A stretch of 64,000 nucleotides of DNA, taken from NCBI GenBank assembly GCA_963771075.1, contig CAVYSE010000011.1, positions 160,001-224,000 of the forward strand. The letters run 5' to 3'. The notes beneath the pieces were generated by a model. The model made no database searches. It was not told the DNA's origin and worked only from the letters and a program-made list of their open reading frames with translations. Origin of the DNA: a candidate division FCPU426 bacterium (lineage in GTDB: Bacteria; Oederibacteriota; Muellerivitia; Muellerivitales; Muellerivitaceae). The first letter of the stretch is position 1, and the number at the start of each line of letters is the position of its first letter. Both the position numbers and the translations under genes were made by a program. Shown here piece by piece: positions 1 through 8,321 of the stretch.

Positions 1-1
1 C

Positions 2-115
2 AAGGAAGAAATTGAAACCTTGGCCTATTATAAGTGGTTGGAAAGGGGATGCCCTCAAGATGATCCGAATATTGATTGGCTCGCCGCAGAAAAAGAATTG
101 AATTCCAAATCTTGA
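2..115 (+). CDS. DUF2934-domain small protein, 3' part (truncated by window edge)
   Basis: Manual translation KEEIETLAYYKWLERGCPQDDPNIDWLAAEKEL* fits the DUF2934 pattern AY..W..RG.P.....DW..AE.EL; TGA at 113-115. Confidence 0.75.
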   Translation, partial: KEEIETLAYYKWLERGCPQDDPNIDWLAAEKELNSKS

Positions 116-243
116 TGGCAAAAAAGAATTGAGTTTGATTTTCAACGCTTGCGACAAAATCATTGTATGTTTTTAAGGCAATAAATTTTTTTAACTGATT
201 TAAATCATATTCCGAAGCAACTTAGAGTCGTATATTCACACTC

Positions 244-356
244 GGTAGGTGGTTCTTGAAATGGCACCAATGAGGTGCCAACGGGGTCAAACCCGGCGTG
301 GTAAGAAAAGAACCTCCTCCAAGACCCTGGGTGGCTCCCCTACCTGGGGTTTTTTA
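244..356 (+). ncRNA. Candidate structured small RNA (multi-stem junction plus terminator)
   Basis: Outer stem 244-257/308-320 encloses hairpins TGGCACC-aatga-GGTGCCA and CGGG-gtcaaa-CCCG; terminator follows; TATATT -10-like at 231-236; no + strand gene downstream. Confidence 0.4.
322..356 (+). terminator. Rho-independent terminator
   Basis: GC-rich stem (CCCTGGGTGG...CTACCTGGGG) followed by a T-run. Confidence 0.7.
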
Positions 357-402
357 TTTTCCGGGACTTTTTACGTTGGCTAGGTGCGAAATTAAAATGG
401 AA

Positions 403-1503
403 TCAGGCGGGCTGGTAAGCGCAAAAGGGGTCCGCTCCCATGATGTCGCCCGTTAATGCATAGGCTCTTGCTCTCGACCCGCCGCAATGGTACCGGTATT
501 CACACCGGCCGCATTTCCCTTTCAAAGAATCCGAATCTCTCAAGGTTTTAAACATCTCGTTTTCTTGGTAGATCTTGGAGAGGGGTTCAGTTTTGACGTT
601 CCCTCCGGGTATCGGAAGAAATCCGCTTGGGCAAATCTCGCCAATATGGGAGATAAACACGAAGCCGCGGCCATCATTTACGCCCAAGGCAGCCCGGATC
701 AGCCCAGGGCTTGTTCCGGCTTTCATTGCCTTTTCGAGTTCCTCCGGTTTCACCCCGGACCGTTGCAAAATGATGCGGCGGAAATGATGGGCTTCCGTTG
801 TTTTAATATCAAACCAACCTTCCTTCAAAATGTCATAAAGCTGGTTCAAAACAACCTCGGATTCGCCCGCCGTGAGGGCCTGTTTTTTATCAGCTCGGCC
901 TGTGGGGACGAGAAAGAAGACGGACCAACGCTCAATGGCATAATCGCGGATGACCTTGGCGATTTCCCAAATCTGGTCCTGATTATGCCGGGAGACGGTG
1001 GTGTTTACCTGAAGCTTGATTCCCAAGTCCTTAAGCCAGCCCATGGTTTCAACGCATCGGGCGAAAGTTCCCGGTATTCCGCGGAAGGTGTCGTGGGTGT
1101 TAGCGTCCGACCCGTCAATTGAGATGGAAACCCGGTTCAGGCCGGCTTTCTGCAACTCTTTCAATTTTTCAAGCGTAAGCAAGGGGGTGACCGAAGGTGC
1201 CAGCGCGAAGGTTAACTCCCGTTTCGAGCATTCCTGTATAAGCAAGGGAAGGTCATCCCTTTTTAGTGGGTCCCCGCCCGTGATCACAAAAAGGGGGATT
1301 TTCCATTCGGCGATTTGTCGGATGAGATCGAGGGCTTGGGGGGTGTCCAATTCCCCGGGGTAGGGTTTGGATTCGGCGCTGGCGCGGCAATGGACGCAGG
1401 CAAGGTCGCAGGCCCGGGTGGCCTCCCAAATGGCGATGAATGGTTTTTCCGAGTAACGATGGTTGGGTTTAGGACTAATGCCAACGTTAGGATGGTTATT
1501 CAT
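403..1503 (-). CDS. Radical SAM/SPASM protein, NirJ/AhbD-like (TIGR04053-type)
   Basis: CxxxCxxC (CDLACVHC), TGGDP, C-terminal SPASM motif CGRCEYRYHCGGSRARAYA...DPFC. Confidence 0.85.
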   Translation of the reverse strand: MNNHPNVGISPKPNHRYSEKPFIAIWEATRACDLACVHCRASAESKPYPGELDTPQALDLIRQIAEWKIPLFVITGGDPLKRDDLPLLIQECSKRELTFALAPSVTPLLTLEKLKELQKAGLNRVSISIDGSDANTHDTFRGIPGTFARCVETMGWLKDLGIKLQVNTTVSRHNQDQIWEIAKVIRDYAIERWSVFFLVPTGRADKKQALTAGESEVVLNQLYDILKEGWFDIKTTEAHHFRRIILQRSGVKPEELEKAMKAGTSPGLIRAALGVNDGRGFVFISHIGEICPSGFLPIPGGNVKTEPLSKIYQENEMFKTLRDSDSLKGKCGRCEYRYHCGGSRARAYALTGDIMGADPFCAYQPA

Positions 1504-1625
1504 TTTCTCCCCTTAAAATTGTTCAAGACCAGTTTGGTTGAATTCATCAGGCGAAAAACAAGGAAGACACCTACCAGAATTACTCGACCTTTACGCTATT
1601 GTATAGCCGTAATTGAATAGGGGTT

Positions 1626-1639
1626 ATGACAAGGGCCAT
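1626..1639 (-). promoter_or_regulatory. Crp/Fnr-type box ATGAC-AAGG-GCCAT (1 mismatch), upstream of radical SAM gene
   Basis: TACAAT -10 on - strand at 1603-1598, 29.5 bp from box centre. Confidence 0.7.
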
Positions 1640-1778
1640 CTTTCCTGGCACCTGCACGATAATTCCGTTTATTTTATAACTTCCACACTGGAACTCAATC
1701 GATGTTTGAGGTTATATCTATTCCTGGGTCTCCTTTACTCAAATGAAGTTGTGTTTCAGGTATTGCCGAAATGCGATT

Positions 1779-1792
1779 ATGACACCTCTCAT
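1779..1792 (+). promoter_or_regulatory. Crp/Fnr-type box ATGAC-ACCT-CTCAT (1 mismatch), upstream of hemerythrin
   Basis: TTATGACACCTCTCATAA; TAATAT -10 at 1815-1820, 29.5 bp from centre. Confidence 0.75.
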
Positions 1793-1877
1793 AACCGGGG
1801 TTTGATTTCTTGAATAATATCAGTCGTGGGCAGGCGGTAGGCCACAAATGGATGGAATTTAAAATCTAAGGGGAAAA

Positions 1878-2288
1878 ATGAGTTTGATCGATTGGAAGGA
1901 CAATTACAGTGTTGAGATCGTTGAAATAGACCATCAACATCAGGGTTTTTTCCGACTGATCAACGGTCTTTATGACGCCCTGATCGAGGAAAAAGAAAAG
2001 GATTCTTTAGGGGCGATCATCCTTGAGTTGGAAGCCTACGCGAAAAATCACTTCAAAACCGAAGAAGACTACTTTATCGAATGGGATTTTCCCGGTGCGG
2101 AAAAACACCGGTTGGAGCATGAGACCTTTACTCGAAACTTGGCCCGGTTTAAAGCCGGGTTCGAGTCGGGTGTCCAAATCGGCATTTCGGTTCAGTTATT
2201 GAGTTTTCTCAGTGCCTGGTTGAAAAACCATATTTTGGTCAGCGACCATCAATACGCCGATTTTATAAAGCAAAAAGCCGTGAAATAA
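1878..2288 (+). CDS. Bacteriohemerythrin
   Basis: W...YSV...ID.QH, HF..EE, H..EH, WL.NHI..SD di-iron motifs; RBS AAGGGG. Confidence 0.9.
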   Translation: MSLIDWKDNYSVEIVEIDHQHQGFFRLINGLYDALIEEKEKDSLGAIILELEAYAKNHFKTEEDYFIEWDFPGAEKHRLEHETFTRNLARFKAGFESGVQIGISVQLLSFLSAWLKNHILVSDHQYADFIKQKAVK

Positions 2289-2361
2289 ACCGGACCATTT
2301 ATTTCACTGAATTTCCATTGATTCCAGCGCGTAAATCCTCGCCATCGGCTTTAATGTTTTT

Positions 2362-3036
2362 ATGAACAGTCCCTCTGAATCACCCCTTTTGAATGTCCTT
2401 TTCGAGAATGAGGATCTCATTGCCGTCGATAAACCCGTCGGGCAAACGGTAATCCCGGCGCGGAATCAAAAGGATATCCTTCCTCCCCTTGTGGAAATGG
2501 TCTCAAAAAAAATAGGAAAAAAAGCCAATGTGGTTCACCGGTTGGACCAAGACACCAGCGGAATCGTGGTATTCGGGAAGAACGCCCAAACCCATCGGGA
2601 ACTCTGCCTTCTCTGGGAAAAAAGAGAAGTCGTTAAGTTATATAAGGCCCTAGTTTGGGGAAAGGTTTCTTCCGGGGAAGGAATAATCGATCATCCTTTG
2701 CGACCTTTTGGTTCGGGCCGTATGGGGGTCGATCCAAACGGAAAGAAAAGTCAAACCCGATATCGGTTACTTCAAAGGGGGACAGGGTCTTCCTTATTGG
2801 AGGTGGAGCCCTGGACCGGGCGACGACATCAAATAAGGGTCCATTTTTATCACTTAGGGTTCCCTGTGATGGGGGATCCGCTTTACGGTCAGGAAAGGCC
2901 GGTGGGAGGTGTGTCCCGGCTTATGCTTCATGCCTATCAGTTGGTCATCCCCCTTCGGGGCCAGACATTGACGATCAATTGCGAGCCAGGAAAAGATTTT
3001 GTCAAAATCTTAAATGAAAACACAGAAATGAAATAA
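2362..3036 (+). CDS. RluA-family RNA pseudouridine synthase
   Basis: VDKP, HRLDQDTSG catalytic motif, TGRRHQIRVH, GDPLYG, LHA. Confidence 0.92.
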   Translation: MNSPSESPLLNVLFENEDLIAVDKPVGQTVIPARNQKDILPPLVEMVSKKIGKKANVVHRLDQDTSGIVVFGKNAQTHRELCLLWEKREVVKLYKALVWGKVSSGEGIIDHPLRPFGSGRMGVDPNGKKSQTRYRLLQRGTGSSLLEVEPWTGRRHQIRVHFYHLGFPVMGDPLYGQERPVGGVSRLMLHAYQLVIPLRGQTLTINCEPGKDFVKILNENTEMK

Positions 3037-3128
3037 GCCTCCCCTTTTTATAATCAACCCCTTTGTAATCGAAAACCCTTGGTCAAACATACAAGAAGAT
3101 CTGCGGATGAACTATAAAAAGGGCCGTT

Positions 3129-3142
3129 ATGACTTAAGTCAT
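3129..3142 (+). promoter_or_regulatory. Crp/Fnr-type box ATGAC-TTAA-GTCAT, upstream of ric operon
   Basis: Perfect palindrome; TACCCT at 3165-3170, 29.5 bp from centre. Confidence 0.8.
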
Positions 3143-3229
3143 GAATCTTTGTGAGGCGACCCCCTACCCTAAAGTGTGTAAGGATCAGAACCGGACGGTT
3201 TGGGAACAGTCCCATCCCTAGGAGAATGA

Positions 3230-3967
3230 ATGAAAATCAGTCCCGATTGGACGGTTCGGGAAGTCGCTTCGCAAATCCAAGCTTCCATTCCGCTTTTTGA
3301 ATCGCTTCATATTGACTATTGTTGCAATGGCCAACAAACATTGAAAGAGGCCTGTGTTACTTTGGAAATCCCCGTGGAAAAAGTCTTGGATTCGCTAGAG
3401 CGCATGGTGAACAAAACCCCCTCCAATCCAGATGCGCCCAACCCATGGGCTAAAAAAAGTATTCCGGAGCTTATTGACCATATCCTGGAAATCCATCACC
3501 CATTCACGCGAGTCCAGCTCAATCGATTGATGAAATTGTCCGAAAAGGTTTCGCGCCTACATGCGGTCCGCCATCCCGAATTGATCCAATTGAACGGTTT
3601 GTTGGTCAAAATGGCCGAGGAGTTGGAAAGCCACATGGTGAAGGAAGAAGAAGTGGTTTTCCCCTGCCTCCGGAAACTTTGGGATTCGAGGCGAAAGAGA
3701 AAAAAATTGGAAAATCCTTTTTTCCAAGGGGGGCAGGAAGATCCGGTCCATGTACTCGTCTGGGAACATGGAATGACAGGGGAGGAATGGCAAGAAATCC
3801 ACCGTTTAACCAAAGATTACACCACGCCCGCGGATGCTTGCGTGTCCTATCGGTCCCTGTACCAGGGGTTGAAAGAGCTGGAGGATGATTTGCACCGGCA
3901 CATTCACCTGGAAAATAACATCCTATTTTACCGTCTCCAGCAATTGGGACTTTTGGGCTCCCTTTGA
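3230..3967 (+). CDS. ric: Iron-sulfur cluster repair di-iron protein (Ric/YtfE/ScdA)
   Basis: IDYCC N-terminal ScdA_N motif, LIDHI..HH, HM.KEE, PADAC..YR.LY..L..LE.DLH.HIHLENNILF. Confidence 0.92.
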   Translation: MKISPDWTVREVASQIQASIPLFESLHIDYCCNGQQTLKEACVTLEIPVEKVLDSLERMVNKTPSNPDAPNPWAKKSIPELIDHILEIHHPFTRVQLNRLMKLSEKVSRLHAVRHPELIQLNGLLVKMAEELESHMVKEEEVVFPCLRKLWDSRRKRKKLENPFFQGGQEDPVHVLVWEHGMTGEEWQEIHRLTKDYTTPADACVSYRSLYQGLKELEDDLHRHIHLENNILFYRLQQLGLLGSL

Positions 3968-4007
3968 TTCATCCGAAGCGACAACTCAAGAAAGGCTGCT
4001 TTTTCAA

Positions 4008-4787
4008 ATGATGACCATGAATCAAATGGACCTAAGGGGGATTGCCCACGGCTGGGAGCAAAAAATCCTTTCCGCTTTTGATGGTTTGAACGAGGGACAA
4101 GCGTTGGAAATCCTCGTGGATTGGGACCCAACCCCACTACATTTCCTGTTATTGAAGGAAAGAACCAGGCTTTTCCGATGGGAAAACCGGGAAAAAAAAC
4201 CGGATCATTGGAAGATCCGCCTCCTGCGAGTGGCGCATGGATTGGGGGAAGCCCCGGCCTCGGAACCGCCGGTTTTGACTCCCCGGCCTAACATCAGCCC
4301 GCGACCCGCCTGGATTGACGATTTGAACCCTTCCTGTGGACTTTTTTTGGACATTCGACCCCTTACTGAGAAAGGGCTGGACCCCTTTCAAATGATTGTC
4401 CAATCGGCGAAAGAGTTAAAACCCGGCCAACACCTGCACTTGGTCCAAAATGAGCAGCCGGAGTCTTTTATTTGTGCCCTGGGTCGGTTAGGGTATGAGG
4501 GGTTTGCCGAAATGAAAGGCGGGGTTTGGAACGCCTATTTCCGAAAGGGTAAGATTCCGCCCACCGGCCAACCGGTAATGGAACTGGATGTGAGACGGTT
4601 GACGCCGCCCCTTCCACTATTGAAGGTGCTGGAATCCCTTCCCTTGATCTCATCGGAAGGCGTTTTGAAGGTATTCTTCCCAAATCGCCCGGATAGTTTG
4701 ATCGAGAAACTCCAGGCGCATGGTTTTGAGGTGAAGTGGGAAGCTTCCGAGGGTGGGGCGTTTGTACTTTGGATATGGAAAAAATAA
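4008..4787 (+). CDS. DUF2249-repeat (SirA/TusA-like) protein
   Basis: Three repeats of (L/M)D(L/I/V)R...P...I.....L..G; follows ric; start moved to ATG 4008. Confidence 0.75.
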   Translation: MMTMNQMDLRGIAHGWEQKILSAFDGLNEGQALEILVDWDPTPLHFLLLKERTRLFRWENREKKPDHWKIRLLRVAHGLGEAPASEPPVLTPRPNISPRPAWIDDLNPSCGLFLDIRPLTEKGLDPFQMIVQSAKELKPGQHLHLVQNEQPESFICALGRLGYEGFAEMKGGVWNAYFRKGKIPPTGQPVMELDVRRLTPPLPLLKVLESLPLISSEGVLKVFFPNRPDSLIEKLQAHGFEVKWEASEGGAFVLWIWKK

Positions 4788-4886
4788 TCCAAAACCAGCG
4801 AAAGCTGAGTACCGATGTATGCCGGCGTGAATCGACGGGCCATGAACGGTCCTTGGATTCATGAACAATGTTGATTGGGAGCGACG

Positions 4887-6326
4887 ATGACAGAACCGAT
4901 GATTATTCAGGGAGGAATGGGCGCCGGGGTTTCCAATTGGGTCTTGGCCCGCGCGGTTTCCCAGACAGGCCAGATGGGGGTGGTTTCCGGAACCGCTTTG
5001 GATTCGATTATGGTCCGCCGGTTGCAAACCGGCGATATGGATGGAGCCATGCGACGGGCCCTGGTCGCCTTTCCCGACCCTGCCGTGGCCAAGCGCATTT
5101 TGGACCGTTATTTCATTCCCGGCGGCAAAAAAGATCATGAGCCTTTTCGATTGATCCCCATGTTCACCCTTACTCCGCCGAAAGAACTGGTGGAACTCAA
5201 TGTGGCCGCCAATTTCGCGGAAGTTTGGCTCGCGAAGGAAGGGCACTCGGGCAAGGTCGGCATCAATTTCCTTGAAAAGATTCAAATGCCCCTCCTTTCC
5301 TGCATCTATGGGGCCCTGTTGGCGAACGTGGATTATGTCCTCGTGGGCGCGGGCATTCCCCGGGCCATTCCGGCGATCCTCGATAAGTTGTCCCAGCATG
5401 AGGATGCCTCCATGAAGATCTATGTCCAGGGTGCCTCCGCTGAGGAGGAAAGCATCATGACCTTTCGCCCCCGGGATATCCTGTCGGAGATAGGCGAGGC
5501 GCTCAAGCGGCCCCGGTTTCTGGCCATCATCGCCTCGGAGGTCTTGGCCCTAACGCTTGCCAAGAAGTCCACGGGCAAGGTGGACGGCTTCGTAGTGGAA
5601 GGCCCCACGGCCGGGGGGCATAACGCCCCGCCTCGCGGGCCCCTCCAGCTCAATGACAGGGGAGAACCGCTTTATGGGGTCAAGGATGAGGTGGACCTGC
5701 AGAAGATCAAGGCCATCGGCCTTCCCTTTTGGGTGGCGGGTTCCATGGCCGACCCGGCTAAGCTCAACGCGGCTTTGGAAGCCGGTGCGGCGGGCCTGCA
5801 GGTGGGGTCCGTGTTCGCTTATTGCGAGGAATCAGGCCTCGCCGACTGGATCAAAAAAAAGGTGATCGAGGGTTTGCGGGCGGGATGGGTGCATGTTTTT
5901 ACCGACCCCAAGGCCTCCCCAACGGGTTTTCCCTTCAAGGTGGTGAATGTCCCTGGGACCAATTCCGAATTAGGGGATTATCAAAAGCGAAAACGTATCT
6001 GCGACCTGGGATACTTGCGGAGCCTTTATAAGCGGAAAGACGGAACTCCGGGTTACCGTTGCGCCAGCGAACCCCACGAAGCCTATCTGCAAAAGCAGGG
6101 TGAAATGGCCAACACGGAGGGTCGCAAATGCCTTTGCAACGGTTTAATGTCCAATATCGACTTGTCCCAATCCCAGAAGGATGGGAGCGTAGAACGGGCG
6201 CTCGTTACTTCCGGTGACGATGTGGGCAGGATCCTGAATTTCCTCAAGGGCGGCAAGGAATCCTATTCGGCCATCGAGGTGGTCGAGTATCTCCTGGGTT
6301 CCCGGATTCCCGCGGCGGCGGTTTAA
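4887..6326 (+). CDS. Nitronate monooxygenase / 2-nitropropane dioxygenase family flavoprotein
   Basis: PMIIQGGMG, VVEGPTAGGH, GLQVGS.F, Cys-rich C-terminus CDLGYLR..CASEP..CLCNGL. Confidence 0.85.
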   Translation: MTEPMIIQGGMGAGVSNWVLARAVSQTGQMGVVSGTALDSIMVRRLQTGDMDGAMRRALVAFPDPAVAKRILDRYFIPGGKKDHEPFRLIPMFTLTPPKELVELNVAANFAEVWLAKEGHSGKVGINFLEKIQMPLLSCIYGALLANVDYVLVGAGIPRAIPAILDKLSQHEDASMKIYVQGASAEEESIMTFRPRDILSEIGEALKRPRFLAIIASEVLALTLAKKSTGKVDGFVVEGPTAGGHNAPPRGPLQLNDRGEPLYGVKDEVDLQKIKAIGLPFWVAGSMADPAKLNAALEAGAAGLQVGSVFAYCEESGLADWIKKKVIEGLRAGWVHVFTDPKASPTGFPFKVVNVPGTNSELGDYQKRKRICDLGYLRSLYKRKDGTPGYRCASEPHEAYLQKQGEMANTEGRKCLCNGLMSNIDLSQSQKDGSVERALVTSGDDVGRILNFLKGGKESYSAIEVVEYLLGSRIPAAAV

Positions 6327-6364
6327 TCGGCCTTCTCCATGAGGGACTCAAAAGTGACTTAATT

Positions 6365-6378
6365 ATGACAGGGGTCAT
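6365..6378 (+). promoter_or_regulatory. Crp/Fnr-type box ATGAC-AGGG-GTCAT, upstream of phosphoribosyltransferase
   Basis: Exact match; CATAAT at 6401-6406, 29.5 bp from centre. Confidence 0.8.
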
Positions 6379-6509
6379 GTGGCGCCCCGGTACCGGGGAC
6401 CATAATCAAATCCAACTTCGCCGATTGGTTTTTGTAAGTTGAAGTTTTGCCCCGCGTCGAAACAATTTGGGGGGAACCTTTTAAGTCGCGTGTTGGGGAT
6501 CAAACGAAC

Positions 6510-7211
6510 ATGAAACTCAAATTAAAATCCAAGTTTCCCTTTCGGGACCGAGACCAAGCCGCCCGGATGCTTTGCGAGAAACTTTTCCATTATCGAGGGC
6601 TGAACCCGCTGGTCCTCGGCCTTTCTCCCGCGTCCGTGCCCATGGCCTGTCTCTTGGCCCGTTACCTGAAGGGTGAGGCGGATATTTTATTGGTCGAGAA
6701 GATTTATTCTCCCGAAAACCCCCATTTGGCGTTGGGAGTACTGGCGGAAGGCGGCGCTTTTACGCTCGCGCCCGGGGGAGGCCAAATGTGGGTTCCGCCC
6801 CATTTTCTGGAAGAAGAAATGCGCAAACTGTCCCACGGCCTTCAGGAACGCCGGAAATTATATACCCCCCAAAGGGCGCTCCTCTCCTGCGCGAACCGCG
6901 TCGTGATCCTGATCGACGATCTCGCCAAAACGGGGGTAAGCCTTTGGGCCGCCTATCGGGAGGTGGATGGCCGGCATCCCGCCCAGGTGGTGGTAACGGT
7001 CCCGGTGGCGACTCCCGCGGCCTTGGAACTGTTGCGACGGGAAACGGAAGAAGCCTTTGCCCTCTGGTCCGGCGATCAATGGTCTACCCCGTCGGAGATT
7101 TACGAAATCAACGTGAAGATCAGCGAAGAGGATGCCGCGGAATTCCTGCATCCCGTCGATCCGGACCTGTTGGTTTCCCGTGGACGAGCCCACTCGATTC
7201 CCGCCAACTAA
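6510..7211 (+). CDS. Phosphoribosyltransferase family protein
   Basis: FRDR..A..L, VILIDDLAKTG PRPP-binding-like motif, VPVA. Confidence 0.8.
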   Translation: MKLKLKSKFPFRDRDQAARMLCEKLFHYRGLNPLVLGLSPASVPMACLLARYLKGEADILLVEKIYSPENPHLALGVLAEGGAFTLAPGGGQMWVPPHFLEEEMRKLSHGLQERRKLYTPQRALLSCANRVVILIDDLAKTGVSLWAAYREVDGRHPAQVVVTVPVATPAALELLRRETEEAFALWSGDQWSTPSEIYEINVKISEEDAAEFLHPVDPDLLVSRGRAHSIPAN

Positions 7212-7261
7212 ACTCCTTGTGCCTATTTGGAAGCGCGCCCCTATAATGAGCCTTTCTTAAA

Positions 7262-8026
7262 TTGATAGGAGTGGTATCCCTTTTGTCCCCCTTCGTTTGG
7301 ATGCTCCTGAGCGTGATCGTGGTAAGCCTCCTATCCCTGATCGGGATATCCCTTTTCGCGCTCAGCCATAAAACTTTCCATGCCCTTGTCTTCGTCCTGG
7401 TGGCCTTGGCCGTGGGGGCCCTCTTTGGGGACGCCTTTATCCATCTTTTGCCCGAGGCCATGAGGGAATCCTCCCAAGCCCTGGACGCCTCCCTGACGGT
7501 CATCGGCGGCATCCTCCTCTTTTTCATTCTCGAGAATTTCCTCCACTGGCGCCATCAGCACTCGGACGAGCATGAGGAAATCCAACCTTACGGTTATTTA
7601 AACCTGACGGCGGACATGGCCCACAATTTTATCGATGGCCTCTTGATCGGGGGTTCCTACTTGGCGGGCATGAAGCTGGGAATGGCCTCAGCCCTGGCGG
7701 TGCTATTGCACGAGCTACCACACGAATTCAGCAATTTCGGAATCCTGGTGAAATCGGGGTTCTCCAAACAAAAGGCGATCTTTTTGAATTTCCTCACCGC
7801 CCTTACGGCCATCCTGGGCGGGCTGGCGGCCTGGTGGCTTGGGGGATCGGTGGCGGGATTTCTACGGGTCCTTTTGCCCCTGACCGCGGGGAGTTTTATC
7901 TATATCGCAGGAAGTGACCTGGTGCCCCAACTCCACAAGGACGTTAAAAGCGCCCGGGCCCTGGTCCAGTTCGTCGCCATCCTGACGGGCGTGGGGCTGA
8001 TGCTCCTTATCAAGTTGTTGGAATAA
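7262..8026 (+). CDS. ZIP family zinc/metal transporter
   Basis: HLLPEA, His-rich loop, HNFIDG, HELPHE, multiple TM segments. Confidence 0.9.
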   Translation: MIGVVSLLSPFVWMLLSVIVVSLLSLIGISLFALSHKTFHALVFVLVALAVGALFGDAFIHLLPEAMRESSQALDASLTVIGGILLFFILENFLHWRHQHSDEHEEIQPYGYLNLTADMAHNFIDGLLIGGSYLAGMKLGMASALAVLLHELPHEFSNFGILVKSGFSKQKAIFLNFLTALTAILGGLAAWWLGGSVAGFLRVLLPLTAGSFIYIAGSDLVPQLHKDVKSARALVQFVAILTGVGLMLLIKLLE

Positions 8027-8321
8027 ACCTGCCATTCCTCTTAATTTTCCATTCCATTTGGAAGGATCACTTGTGACGAAGTTACAAGTGGATTCAATCA
8101 ACTCAGGAGTAAATATTGACTAAATATGTGACCCTGCTTATGGCGTTTGGCGGGGGGCTCTCGGATAATTAATGGAATCAATTCCCGTTCTAAATTCACA
8201 TGAACGGGTCTTGGTTGTAGTTGGTTAACCAAAAACAGGTTCACTATTCTGTGAGCCGTTTCAATTTAATTTTCTTATCATGATTGTTTTACAAGGAAGC
8301 TATAGGGAATCTAATATCTCA

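Noticed and set aside
261..383. 40-aa ORF MAPMRCQRGQ... with AGGTGG upstream, next to a radical SAM/SPASM gene (possible RiPP precursor)
   Set aside because: It runs through the terminator, is convergent with the enzyme, and the enzyme looks NirJ/AhbD-like rather than a peptide maturase
8068..8090. Hairpin CACTTGTGAC-GAA-GTTACAAGTG in a convergent intergenic region
   Set aside because: No T-tract, no downstream gene, no second copy seen; cannot assign a function
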